Of a stretch of DNA of 64,000 nucleotides, positions 52,976-63,418 are shown piece after piece. Every line of letters starts with the position of its first letter. Within the stretch, counting starts at the first letter, position 1. A program made the position numbers and the translations under genes. Source of the stretch: Chloropicon primus. Taxonomy: Eukaryota. The stretch is from NCBI GenBank assembly GCA_023205875.1, contig CP060757.1, forward strand, positions 806,001 through 870,000, in the 5' to 3' direction. The notes beneath the pieces are model-generated. The model was not told where the DNA came from. It did no database searches and worked only from the letters and a program-made list of their open reading frames with translations.

Positions 52976-55900
52976 ATGGTCGTGAGGGAGGATTACTCGG
53001 GCGACAGTCCGACGATGGTGGTGTCGCCCATCAGGGTCGGCGGGGGGTACATGATCCCGGAAGCGATGGACAGCGTCGAGAAGGTGTCCCAGGACACCCT
53101 CGACCTCCTCGCATCGCAAGACGGGTCCTACACCGACGAGGACTTTGTTGTCTTGTCCGAGATCATCCAGGGAGCCGAGAGGAGCTCGAGTGGGAGCAGG
53201 ATAACCCTGACGAGGCTCCTCAAGTCCTACGACCGGACGCTGGCCGGCCACGGGATAGACTGCGAGAAGGACACGCGCCTCTACCGCTTCATACTCAAGC
53301 TGTCCCTCGATCCCAACCCGGACTGGTGGGTCAAGTTCGATGCGGAGTGCAGGCTGTGGTCCGGCAAGGTCTCCGAGCTCGAGGCGGGGGGGCGAAGGAC
53401 CCCGAGGACCCCGAGGACCCCGAGGACGACGCCGAGCGGAGGCAAGTCCAAACATCCCACCAGCGACGGCGACGGCACCAGCAAGGTGGCTGTGTCCTCC
53501 CTGGCGGGGCGCTGGAGGAGGAATGCGAGGGAGAAGAGGGTGGCCAGGCAGGAGCTGGAGGTCAGGGAGAAGCGGGAGGCGGAGATGGCGTCCTCCGTGG
53601 CCGGGCGCTGGAAGGCGAACGCCAGGAACAAGAGGATAGAAAAGGAAGCGGTCGCCAAGTGGGAGAGGGCAGTGGACTTTGCACGAAGGAAGAGGCTGCG
53701 AGAGGTCCTGCGGGCCTGGTACCTCCACGACTTGCTGCTCATGTCCAAGGCAATGAACCTCATGAGGAGCAACGCGCTGCGGTACCACTTCAACCTTTGG
53801 GCCTACAGCGTGCACAAGTTCGAGATCGTTTGCGCCAAGGCCCTGGAGGAAAGGCGGGACAAGATGATGGTCAAGGCGCTCAGGGAGTGGCAGAGGCTGA
53901 CCCGCCTGTCCCAGATGGACAAGATCTCGGCGCTCAAGGCGCTCACGTACTGGAGCTACAACAAAATCAACCAGTGCATGAGCCTGTGGATCCTCGCGGT
54001 GAAGCAGCAGAAGAAGAACCTGGTGCACAGCGAGGGGATCTACGACGCGTCCCTCCAGATTCGGGCGATCAAGGCCTTGAAGGCGCACAGGGAGCTCGGG
54101 CAAAAGGCCAGAGAAGCTGGAGCGATGAGCCTGAGGCTCCTCGAAGCTAGGACTTTCCTCAAGTGGAGATCGAAGCACTGCTTGGCCATCAAGCGGAAGC
54201 AGGCCATAGCCAAGTGCCTGGAGCAGATGAGGGCCTACAAACTCAAGGCCGGCTTCTGCGCCTGGAAGAGGGAGTTGGGGTACAAGAAGATGATGCGGGA
54301 GACCCTGGGATACGGGCGCCTGAGGGTGGAGGGCGTGAAAGTCTTGTACGCGTTCAACGCGTGGAAGCACTGGTTTTCGGAAAGGATCGAAATCCAGGGG
54401 AAGCTGATGGCTGTGGGGGAGATGCTCAAGTACCGGCAGCAGCAGAATGCCTGGAGTGCCTGGTTAGCTTACCACAACGCCAAGATGGAGAAAGAGGAGG
54501 TGTTCCTGACCTGCCTGAGCATTTTGTTGAACCAAAAAATGGGCCGCATCGTGTACTCCTGGTACGGCCGCACGCAGCGCGAGTTGCAGCTTCGCCGGGG
54601 GCAGGAGACGCTGCGAAAGAGGATCCGAGCCTTCAATCTTCAGGGTGCTTTCTCGGAGTGGCTGTCCATGGTCGACGAGAGGAGAGACAAGCTGCTGCGG
54701 TGCACGAGAGCTTTGAGGTCAAGGAGACTCTTGCACGCCTTCAATGGCTTCTGCTACATGGTCGGCGAAATGAAGATAAGGAGACTCAAGTTGAAGCTGT
54801 GCCTGAAGAGACTTCAAAAGAGGGAATTATCCGCCGCGTTCAACGCTTGGGCGGACCACACCCACAGGGCGAGCTACGTCAAGGAAGTCCTTGGCAAGTG
54901 CACAGAGAAAACGATTTTGGGAAGGAAGATGAGGTTCTTCTCGATCTGGTCGACGCACGTCGCGAGACTGAAAGTGGTGAAGAAGAAGATCATGAAAGCA
55001 GCTCAATTTTTGATAGAAAAGAGGCTCACGTACCACTTTGAGAGGTGGAGGCAGCTGTGGATCAACAACCTCAAAGAGAAGTTGTCTTGGCTGGAATCCA
55101 GTGAGCTGATCGAGGCGCAAAGACTTTCCAGGCTGTTCCACAGGTGGATGCTGAAGAAGAGAAAGAAGGATTTGACCAGGAAAGTCCTGATGCACTGGAA
55201 GAAGGCTTTGCTCTCCAAGTGCTTGACCAGCTGGAGCTCTTGGAGCAAGAAGCAGGCCATCAAGATCAGGCTGATGCAAACTCTCATAACGAAGCTGAAG
55301 GGGAACCGGTGCTCCCACGCTTTCTATGCTTGGATGACTTACGTGAGAATAAAGTCCAAGCACAGGCAAATCATCTCTTCGTGGAGGAGAAGGCGTCTGC
55401 TGAACTGCTTCCTGTGCTGGAAGGATAAGGTCCTGCACAGGATGTACCAGGCTGATCAGCTGGAAGCCATTATCGCCAAGTGGAGAAAGGAATGCAAGTG
55501 GAGAGCGTTCGCTGGGTGGGTCTCGAGTGTCGTTTCTGCGAAGCAAAAGCAGGAGCTGGTCAGGAGGGCCTTGACATTTTGGCTGAAGCAACGCACGCTG
55601 AAGGCGTTCCGCGTCCTGCGCCAAAACGCATTCGAGAGAAAGCAAGCGAGAAACGCCCTTGCCCATTTGTTCTCCCACAGGCAAGCAAAGGCGCTGTGCG
55701 CTTGGGTGTACTACATAGAGACCAAGAAGAGGCTTCGGAGCAAAGGACTCGAGGTGATCCGCCATATGAGAGATTACGCCAAGAAGGCCTCCTTCCACAC
55801 GTGGCTCTTGTACATTACCCAAAAAGAGCGAAAGAGGCAGATGCTGGAGAGTGCGGTGAATTGCATGAAGAATTTGGTTCTCAAGAGAGGTTTCTTGTCG

Positions 55901-58900
55901 TGGACCTTTCACGTGGAGGACAAGAAGACCAAGCTTCACAACATCGGTGTCTGCATTTCGTTCTGGAAGTCGAGGGTAAAATTGATGTCCTTGAGGAAGT
56001 GGAAGGAAACGACGGAGTACAAACTTTACGTGCAGGGAGTGTTAAGGGGCTGCGTCCTCAAGCTTCACCAGCGAGTTGCTCACAGAAGTTTGCGTGGCTG
56101 GGTCGACTTTGTCTGCCACTCTCAGGAGAAGAAGAGAAACCTGGAAAAGGCTTTGACGTACTGGAGAATGCAACAGATCAGCATCTTCCTGTTCCTGTGG
56201 AAGGACTACGTGCAGCAAAAGAGAGCCAATGAGTTCAAGGTCGCCATGAATCTGAAAAGACTCTTCTTTCAGAGATTGTACGACATGTACCTTTACTGGC
56301 ACTTTTGGACTTCCAAGAAACAAGACCAGAAACGAAGGTTGTACCAGGGCGTCAAGTATATGAGGAATCGAAAGCTTGCAAAGAGCTTTACGTCTTGGAG
56401 AGAGCTCATTCCCTGGATTATCTCCAAAAGGAAGAAGTTGCGAGTGGCCATCGCGCACTGGTTGCTCAGAACGAAACTTGTTTTTTACTTGAGCTGGTAT
56501 GACTACGTGGACAAGATGAGAATAGTGAGGGCGAGCACGAGACGGTCTTACGTGTCAAGAGCCATGCGTGCATGGAAGAAGTCGTGCAGGCGGAACATAG
56601 TGCTGGCGTACATTCTCGAAGAGGCGCTGATGCGTTGGGCGTACAGGGAAACTGTAAAGGCGTGGGGGAGGCTGAAGGACAACAGCATCAACGCGAAGAG
56701 GAAGCGGAAGGCAATCGCTCACTTCCGTTTGTCCAGGTCAGCAATGGCACTGGCGAGGTGGATGGACTACAAAGAAGAGAGAGTTGTTATGAGGGAGAAG
56801 GTCGGCAAGGCTTTGAAGCTTTGGAGGCACGCATGCCTTGCGTGCTCCTTCGCTGGGTGGCTCGAGAGCACCTCTTACCTGAGAGATCAGAAAGCGATTT
56901 TGAGGAAAGTGCTGGGAAAGTGGCAGAAGGCTCAGCTCAGACACTACTTCGACTTCTTTCTGCAAGTCACAGAGGAGAAGCAAGGCTTGAGGAGGAGGGC
57001 CGTCATGCGCATGAGACACTCTTGCATGGTAAAGTGCTTCACTTTCTGGTCCGAATTCGCACACTGGGAACGCGCAGTCAGGAGAGCAGTGACTCACTGG
57101 AGAGGGAGAGCTGCTGTGAAGATGTTTTACAAGTGGGCCGATTACACAGACTACAGGCAGGCCAAGATGCTGGGCATCTCGCACTACGAGAGTACATGCA
57201 CTTGGAAAGTCGTCAAACTCTGGGTCGAGTACAAAGACAGAGAACTGAAGAAGAAAGAAACCGTCAGAAGGGCTCTGTTGCTCTTCCACAGAGGTCTGCT
57301 CGCAAAGGGTTATTACTCTTGGAGAGACAGAGTCCGGAAAATCGTGACGGACAGGCGCAAAGTCCTTAAGGTCCTTTCCTTGGTCCACAAGAGAGAAAGA
57401 ACCTGCTGCTTTGTCAAGTGGCGAGCCTATGTGGTGAAGGTGCACCAGAAAGCGATCGCAATCAACCATGCACGAAGAGCGGTGAAGAGGTCGAGGCTGA
57501 GGATGTGGGCATCCAACGCGACCTTCCTGAGGGAGAGGAGGAGCAGATACGAAAGACTACTGTATCGGGTGGTGTCGAGGATGAGGAACAGGTTGTCGCA
57601 CGCCGTGATGGATGCGTGGTCCGAATTTGCTTACAGGTCGAAACAGTTGAGGAGACTCCTGTGCATAGTGCACAAGAGGAAGACCCTGAGAGCATACAAC
57701 ACTTGGGTGTGGTACACGGACCAGCAGCGCAAGTTGAGGTATGCAATGGCCAGAGTCTTCAGGAGAACTCTGCTGAGGTCATTCCAGGGCTGGTTTGACC
57801 GCGTGAGCGAGAAGAAAAGGAAGCTTTACGTCCTTCAAAGAAGGCTCGGGAGGAAGCACGAGCTCGTCCTTCTGATTGTAAAGAGAATGTCCAACCTGCC
57901 ACTGGCGCTGCCGTGGACTTCCTGGCAAGCTTACGTCAACGCAAAATCTTATGCGAGATATGCGATGAAGCGAGCGTGCCACTTCCATCTCAGCCTGGTG
58001 TTCAATCACTGGCTCAAGCGAGCGACCAGGCTGAGGCAACTCAGAGAGATACTCGAGTCCTTTGCCTTGAGGCTGAGGCTGAGCAGAGGGCAGGCGGTGT
58101 TAAAGGAGTGGAAAGAGCTCACGATCGAACACGTGTCGAGGCGGGAGAAGATACTTCAGAAGTACACTCTTGCCATGCAAGCAAATGTGGTGTTGAAAGT
58201 TCTTTACGCTTGGAAGTCCTGGTGCACGCTGAAGAATCAGAGAAGAGAGAAGCTCCGAGTAGCGCTGCAGTACTTTACTCACGTCCTCGTGGTCAAAGCC
58301 TTCTCCGTCTGGCGAGATGAGGTCAACCTGATCGTGCAGCTTCGCCAGATTTACCTGCAGCGCCAGCTGGCGATTCGGAAAGCAATTCGGGCGGGAGAGG
58401 CCAAGATCAGGAGAAAGAGGTGGGAGCTCCAAGCGGCCACCTTCGTGGCATGGAAACTGAAGGCCAGCGTCTACAAGAGGGTGAAGGTCTACATCAAGCT
58501 CAAAACTAGGCGGGTCGTGGCCCAAAGCTTCGCTCTGTGGAAGAACACCTCCATCATCGCAAGTCTGCGGAGAGAGGCTCTGCACAGAGTCCTGTGGGGC
58601 AAGTTCCAGGCAGAGCTTTACATGTTCCGCAGCTGCTATTTCGACAAGTGGTTCACGGTCTGGAGGCTTCAGAAGGAGGAGGAGAGAATGATGGAAAGCG
58701 CTGCGAGGCACCACACGATTCACCTGTTGTCGGCCGTTCTGCAGCAGTGGAAGTTGTCCATGATTTGCGCGGACCCTCTGAGCGCAATCAAAAGGACGCC
58801 GACAAAGTTCGTGGGCAATGCGACGCCCGACCGCGTCATGGACAGCGTGAGGTCCCTCTCCGAGCTCGTGGACAGGTCCCGCAGCGAGAGACTGGAGCCT

Positions 58901-59167
58901 TTTCTGCAACTCACGCAGAGGAGGAGGAGGGGTGGGGATCCGGGGGGCAGTGGGACCAAGACCCCAGTCTTTGGATCCAGGCACCACGAGAGCCCGAACT
59001 CAGACGACGAGGGCTCCTCGACCTTCCCCATCCTCAACATGCAGTCCATGTACACGACTCCTGTCATGAATCAAAGGCAATCCAGCAGGACGACGCCCCC
59101 CGTGCCCAAAAGCTCTGTGAGGTCCGTGAAAGAGTATTTCATGGCTGACGACAACATGTGGTTTTGA
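52976..59167 (+). CDS. SFI1: SFI1-like centrin-binding protein (2063 aa)
   Basis: Dozens of A..(H/Y)W....L...F..W repeats; N-terminal DTRLYRFILKLSLDPNPDWW block; S/T-P-rich tail. Confidence 0.85.
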   Translation: MVVREDYSGDSPTMVVSPIRVGGGYMIPEAMDSVEKVSQDTLDLLASQDGSYTDEDFVVLSEIIQGAERSSSGSRITLTRLLKSYDRTLAGHGIDCEKDTRLYRFILKLSLDPNPDWWVKFDAECRLWSGKVSELEAGGRRTPRTPRTPRTTPSGGKSKHPTSDGDGTSKVAVSSLAGRWRRNAREKRVARQELEVREKREAEMASSVAGRWKANARNKRIEKEAVAKWERAVDFARRKRLREVLRAWYLHDLLLMSKAMNLMRSNALRYHFNLWAYSVHKFEIVCAKALEERRDKMMVKALREWQRLTRLSQMDKISALKALTYWSYNKINQCMSLWILAVKQQKKNLVHSEGIYDASLQIRAIKALKAHRELGQKAREAGAMSLRLLEARTFLKWRSKHCLAIKRKQAIAKCLEQMRAYKLKAGFCAWKRELGYKKMMRETLGYGRLRVEGVKVLYAFNAWKHWFSERIEIQGKLMAVGEMLKYRQQQNAWSAWLAYHNAKMEKEEVFLTCLSILLNQKMGRIVYSWYGRTQRELQLRRGQETLRKRIRAFNLQGAFSEWLSMVDERRDKLLRCTRALRSRRLLHAFNGFCYMVGEMKIRRLKLKLCLKRLQKRELSAAFNAWADHTHRASYVKEVLGKCTEKTILGRKMRFFSIWSTHVARLKVVKKKIMKAAQFLIEKRLTYHFERWRQLWINNLKEKLSWLESSELIEAQRLSRLFHRWMLKKRKKDLTRKVLMHWKKALLSKCLTSWSSWSKKQAIKIRLMQTLITKLKGNRCSHAFYAWMTYVRIKSKHRQIISSWRRRRLLNCFLCWKDKVLHRMYQADQLEAIIAKWRKECKWRAFAGWVSSVVSAKQKQELVRRALTFWLKQRTLKAFRVLRQNAFERKQARNALAHLFSHRQAKALCAWVYYIETKKRLRSKGLEVIRHMRDYAKKASFHTWLLYITQKERKRQMLESAVNCMKNLVLKRGFLSWTFHVEDKKTKLHNIGVCISFWKSRVKLMSLRKWKETTEYKLYVQGVLRGCVLKLHQRVAHRSLRGWVDFVCHSQEKKRNLEKALTYWRMQQISIFLFLWKDYVQQKRANEFKVAMNLKRLFFQRLYDMYLYWHFWTSKKQDQKRRLYQGVKYMRNRKLAKSFTSWRELIPWIISKRKKLRVAIAHWLLRTKLVFYLSWYDYVDKMRIVRASTRRSYVSRAMRAWKKSCRRNIVLAYILEEALMRWAYRETVKAWGRLKDNSINAKRKRKAIAHFRLSRSAMALARWMDYKEERVVMREKVGKALKLWRHACLACSFAGWLESTSYLRDQKAILRKVLGKWQKAQLRHYFDFFLQVTEEKQGLRRRAVMRMRHSCMVKCFTFWSEFAHWERAVRRAVTHWRGRAAVKMFYKWADYTDYRQAKMLGISHYESTCTWKVVKLWVEYKDRELKKKETVRRALLLFHRGLLAKGYYSWRDRVRKIVTDRRKVLKVLSLVHKRERTCCFVKWRAYVVKVHQKAIAINHARRAVKRSRLRMWASNATFLRERRSRYERLLYRVVSRMRNRLSHAVMDAWSEFAYRSKQLRRLLCIVHKRKTLRAYNTWVWYTDQQRKLRYAMARVFRRTLLRSFQGWFDRVSEKKRKLYVLQRRLGRKHELVLLIVKRMSNLPLALPWTSWQAYVNAKSYARYAMKRACHFHLSLVFNHWLKRATRLRQLREILESFALRLRLSRGQAVLKEWKELTIEHVSRREKILQKYTLAMQANVVLKVLYAWKSWCTLKNQRREKLRVALQYFTHVLVVKAFSVWRDEVNLIVQLRQIYLQRQLAIRKAIRAGEAKIRRKRWELQAATFVAWKLKASVYKRVKVYIKLKTRRVVAQSFALWKNTSIIASLRREALHRVLWGKFQAELYMFRSCYFDKWFTVWRLQKEEERMMESAARHHTIHLLSAVLQQWKLSMICADPLSAIKRTPTKFVGNATPDRVMDSVRSLSELVDRSRSERLEPFLQLTQRRRRGGDPGGSGTKTPVFGSRHHESPNSDDEGSSTFPILNMQSMYTTPVMNQRQSSRTTPPVPKSSVRSVKEYFMADDNMWF

Positions 59168-59225
59168 GCCCTAAACAAGTTCTGGTCAACAAGTTTTATA
59201 TATATAATTAATAACCACCGCCACT

Positions 59226-59858
59226 TCAAGCCTTCCTCACCAGCCGCATGGAGTTCCCTTTGACGTCCACCACGAGGACACGGTCGACGTGAACCCGCGC
59301 GATGACCTTGTCCGATCCCTGGAACGCTTTTCCGTACTTTCCGTGCCCCTCGTCGTGCTGCCTCCGCCCGGCTTCCGCTGCCTTTCCCTTCTCCATGATC
59401 TCAGCCCGCCCATAGAGCGTTATGCTCTGAGGCTTCACGCCCTGGAACAGGCTCTGCGTCGCTGCCTTGCCTTCGAAGTTGTGCAGCAGTAAAGACACCC
59501 GCTCGTTCTCGAGCATGTTCCGCCACTTGGTGTCCTTGGGAGTGCTGAACACCACTGCCTGGGCGGACTCATCGAACGTGAAGAACATGAGGGACAGCTC
59601 GGTCTCTCCGTGGGTGTCCGCCGTCGCCAGGTAGGACAGGGGACAGTTGTCGAGCATGAACATGAGCTCGTTCTTAAAGTTGCTGATGAACGACTGGAGC
59701 TGCTCCCGAGGAAGCCCCAGAGCCTGGCTCGACAGGGACGAGATCTCGAACGACGACCCGAGAGCGTCCGGGACGAGCTCCTGGAGCTCAGGCGGCACTT
59801 GCAACTTGCTCTGCGTCCTGGAGATCAAAACCTGCGAGTGCATGGACGGAGAGCTCAT
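59226..59858 (-). CDS. Pyridoxamine 5'-phosphate oxidase-like FMN-binding split-barrel protein
   Basis: SYLATAD..ELSLMFF..VVFSTPKDTKWRNMLENERVSLLLH..SITLYGRA. Confidence 0.8.
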   Translation of the reverse strand: MSSPSMHSQVLISRTQSKLQVPPELQELVPDALGSSFEISSLSSQALGLPREQLQSFISNFKNELMFMLDNCPLSYLATADTHGETELSLMFFTFDESAQAVVFSTPKDTKWRNMLENERVSLLLHNFEGKAATQSLFQGVKPQSITLYGRAEIMEKGKAAEAGRRQHDEGHGKYGKAFQGSDKVIARVHVDRVLVVDVKGNSMRLVRKA

Positions 59859-60173
59859 CTTGGGACGACGCCAGACCCCAAGACGAACCCCTCTCGTCCC
59901 GCCTTGTCGCCTTATCCAAAGACAGAGATGACCTTTTTTCTTATCCCCGAGGGAAGGGGGAGGGAAACGTCAAGGGACAAGCGAGGGGAAGGAGGGAAAG
60001 ATGGTGACTTTGTGGTGAAGGCGGGGAGGGAGTTGAGGAGACCAAGGAGGGGTCTCTCTGGGCGCGTTCGTGTTTGATAGGCGAGACGTTTGTTGTTGTT
60101 GGGCACAAGGAGGGAGGTTTAGACAGTTGTTGTTTGTTTTCTTTCCGCAATCAAGAGGGACAAAGATATAGAT

Positions 60174-60866
60174 ATGCCAAGGGTGCTTCGGATCGTGGCG
60201 CCCAGGCGAAGCACCATCCGCGTGGTGAGGGACAGCTTCTTCAACGTCAGGACGGCTTTCCTCCTCCTCGTCCTCGCGTACTGCTGCCTCAAAGTGTTCG
60301 AGCTCGGGGACAAGCGAACGGAGGTCTCCAAGCTCTTGAGCAACATTGGGCTCCAGGAGTACGAGGACAGGTTCGCCTTGAAGGGCTACTTCAGCGTGGA
60401 TGACGTGCTGCTGGTTTCTACCACCGAGCTCATGGAGGACATCGGGTTCGAGACCCGCATCATGGCCAGCAAGGTGAAGGACGGGGCCTTTCGGTCCAGG
60501 AGGGGAGACTTCTTGGGGCTCTCTCTCTATTACGTGGTTCTGGTTTTCGTTGGGTTCAGCGCAGCCATGTGCATCCTGAGCAAAAACTTTCGCAAGGCAG
60601 CGGCGGAGATCTGCGTCCTGATCATACTCATCAGCTGGTCGTTCGGCAGGAAGCAGTACAGGCACTTTTACTCGATAGAGGGGGTGCCCGCCGAGATCGT
60701 CGTGGACGAGGACAAGGACGACGACAAGGACCTGGACGGGGACAAGGGCAAGAAGCACAGGAAGATGGCCAAGGTGAAGAAGAAGGTCAAGGGCTGCTTC
60801 AAGAGCTGCTTCAAGAAGTCTTCTTCTGAGAAGAAGGACAAGGACTCGGGCGAGGGCGAGGACTAG
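60174..60866 (+). CDS. Membrane protein with a SAM (sterile alpha motif) domain
   Basis: EVSKLLSNIGLQEYEDRFALKGYFSVDDVLLVSTTELMEDIG lies between hydrophobic segments; charged tail. Confidence 0.7.
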   Translation: MPRVLRIVAPRRSTIRVVRDSFFNVRTAFLLLVLAYCCLKVFELGDKRTEVSKLLSNIGLQEYEDRFALKGYFSVDDVLLVSTTELMEDIGFETRIMASKVKDGAFRSRRGDFLGLSLYYVVLVFVGFSAAMCILSKNFRKAAAEICVLIILISWSFGRKQYRHFYSIEGVPAEIVVDEDKDDDKDLDGDKGKKHRKMAKVKKKVKGCFKSCFKKSSSEKKDKDSGEGED

Positions 60867-60986
60867 GAGAGAGAAAGTCAGGAAAGTCACGGCGCGGCGC
60901 GTGCGCTGACGCTCGAGGGGTAAGAGGTCGGCGGCGAAGGGGCTCGCGAGGAAAGGCGAAAGATATTAAACAGATGTAGAATGGGA

Positions 60987-62063
60987 CTAAAATTTTGTGA
61001 CGCCGAGCGCGGCAACGCGGGGCAGGCCGCAGGAGGACGCGAACTGCAGGCCCGCGGACCAACTCTCGTTCGGCTCGGGCACCGCCCAGTAGCAATTCTC
61101 CTCGATCAGCAACGCATTGTCGCCGCGCTTAATCTTGAACCACCCGGACTCGCCCCAGTACGTGCCCCACGAGTTGCGCACGATCCAGTAAGGCGTCCCG
61201 TCCTCCTCGTCCACCCCCCAACCAGCAACGGAGATGATGTGATTCACGTGCGGCTCGTACCCCTCCTCGGGAATGAGAACCCCTTTCTCGTAATCGTCGA
61301 GGGGGTCGCTGTCGATCTCGCAAGCGATCGGCCCTCGGGCGAAGATCTCCTTCATCATCTTCCTCTCCCCCCTCACCCGGCCGTACTCGGCGACGTAGTG
61401 AGAAGTGTAGTTCGAGCGCGGCACGGCCCAGCAATCGTGGCCCTGCGGGGGTGGCGGGGGCGCGCAGTTCCTGCATGTGTGAAAGTCGTCGCACACCTCG
61501 TCCCTGGCCTTGTAGTGCTGGCAAGTTTCCCCGGGAATCCCAAAATCGTGCACGTACTGGTACACACCCAAGGCGTTCCCTCCGTGGCAGCTCCCGGCCA
61601 CGTCCCTGCCGCAGTTCAGGAGGGCCTGGATCGAGTAGTTGATGTCGGGCCACGCCCCCCTCCTCGCGATCTTCACGCGGTCCGCGAGGGCTGAGAGCGC
61701 GCCGTGCGCCCAGCAAGAACCACAATACTGTGGAACGTGCTGGTTCAGGTCCTTGGTCACGTAGCTTGCTCTCCCTTCGCCCTCCTCCAGCGAGGTGTCC
61801 CTCCAGTCGAAGCAACTGGGCAAGCGGTGGTCCTCGAGGTACTCGTGAGGCAGGGCGGACAGGACGACGTCCTCGTTCGCCCGGAGGCCCGGGAGGGACT
61901 CGACCAACTCGCTCTGCAGCTTGGCCCGCGGGTGGGGGCGAGGAGGAGCTCCCGGGTCAGCAGCGGCAGCCACGGCGAGCAGCAGCATCGCGGCCACGGA
62001 GGCAATCACCATCCTCCTCATCCTCATCCTCATCCTCATCCTTGTCGTCGTCGTCGTCGCCAT
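60987..62063 (-). CDS. Cathepsin Z/X-like papain-family cysteine protease
   Basis: NQHVPQYCGSCWAHG, GPIAC, NHIISVAGWG, YWIVRNSWGTYWGE; signal peptide. Start codon uncertain. Confidence 0.93.
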   Translation of the reverse strand: MATTTTTRMRMRMRMRRMVIASVAAMLLLAVAAAADPGAPPRPHPRAKLQSELVESLPGLRANEDVVLSALPHEYLEDHRLPSCFDWRDTSLEEGEGRASYVTKDLNQHVPQYCGSCWAHGALSALADRVKIARRGAWPDINYSIQALLNCGRDVAGSCHGGNALGVYQYVHDFGIPGETCQHYKARDEVCDDFHTCRNCAPPPPPQGHDCWAVPRSNYTSHYVAEYGRVRGERKMMKEIFARGPIACEIDSDPLDDYEKGVLIPEEGYEPHVNHIISVAGWGVDEEDGTPYWIVRNSWGTYWGESGWFKIKRGDNALLIEENCYWAVPEPNESWSAGLQFASSCGLPRVAALGVTKF

Positions 62064-62258
62064 CTTCACAACAGTTTCTGTGGCTGCTGTCTCCTCGCGT
62101 TTGTCGTCTGGATCTCTCCTGCTTCGATCCACACGCTCGCTTCGCTGCTACGGCCACTTTTCTCCGAAAATCCTTGATCCTTCCCTTGGGATGATAGCAC
62201 CTTATCATCGTAACGCACGCGCCTCATGGTTCGTCGTTTCTGTTGGCGCGCGCAAGAT

Positions 62259-63173
62259 ATGGATCCAAAAACGATTGCGACGGTCAAGTCGACCGCACGG
62301 GTCATGAAGGAGCACGGGTATGAGATCACCCAGGGTAAGCGCTCGACCCCTTCTCTCTTCCCTTGTCTCTCTCTCTCTCTGCTTCTTTCTTCTCCTTCTT
62401 CTGGCTACTAACTCCTCTCCCTTCCTTCCTTTCCTCCTTGTTGCTTCTCTCTCTGTCGCGCGCGTGACGTGTGCGTCGTCAGAGATGTACGCCACCATGT
62501 TCGAGGAGGTGAGTGCCTCGTCCGTTCGTGCTCCTCGAAGCCCCCTGACACGTGCTTGGCTTTCGTTCCCTCTTGTTCTTCTTCTCTTCCAACCCGCAGC
62601 ACGAGGACATAAAGGCGCTCTTCAATCACGACAACATGGTTGTGCATCCGGGAGGTAAGCGCGTTTTGGCCTCCAGCTCCTCCCACTCGCCCCCCACGAC
62701 TGCTGACCTCCAGAGCTCTCTCTCTCTCTCTCCCTCGAGTCTCGCAGAGACGAAGAAGAAGCAGCCCCTCCTCCTGGCGCAGGCCGTGCACGCTTACGCC
62801 GAGAACATCGACAATCTGAGCTTGCTCGAGTCGGCCGTCGATAGAATAACCAAGAAGGTGGGTAGCTCACAGCAACGACCCGGAGTTCCCGCCCTGACAC
62901 GAACGCCGCTACTCTCTCTCTCTCTCTCCACACTTTTCGCAGCACGTGAGCGCGAACGTGAAACCGGAGCACTACGGCATCGTTGGCCGGCATCTGCTGA
63001 ACGCGGTCAAGAAGGTTCTCGGGGAGAAGGCGAAACCGGAGATCTGCGACGCGTGGGAAAAGGCCTTCAACTTCCTCGCCGAGCTCTTCATCGAGACGGA
63101 GAACAACCTGAGGAAAGAGGAGGCCGCCAAGAAGGAAGTGAGCAACCTTGGCTGCCGTTGTACCTTGGGCTGA
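62259..63173 (+). CDS. Single-domain flavohemoglobin-family (Vitreoscilla Hb-like) globin; exons 62259-62334, 62483-62508, 62600-62654, 62748-62857, 62943-63173
   Basis: Spliced MDPKTIATVKSTA..EHGYEITQEMYATMFEEHEDIKALFN..QPLLLAQAVHAYAENIDNL..KKHVSANVKPEHYGIVGRHLL..DAWEKAF..LAELFIETE. Confidence 0.9.
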
Positions 63174-63418
63174 GCACGCCAACGATGGGCCCACCATAGA
63201 TCACCCCCTAAAACAAATTAAGGCGTCGCGTCATTCATCATCCACATCCACATCCACTCTCTCTCCTTTCTCCCTCCTCTCCTCTCTCCCGGATTGCCTG
63301 GCCTGCTGACTCGAAAAAAGCAAAAAAGATTTTTTTTCCGACGACCCCAAAGACGAGAGAGAGACAACGTTGGCGGCGGTTCTGTAGACGAAAGGCGACA
63401 CGAAGCAGCGACGCAACG

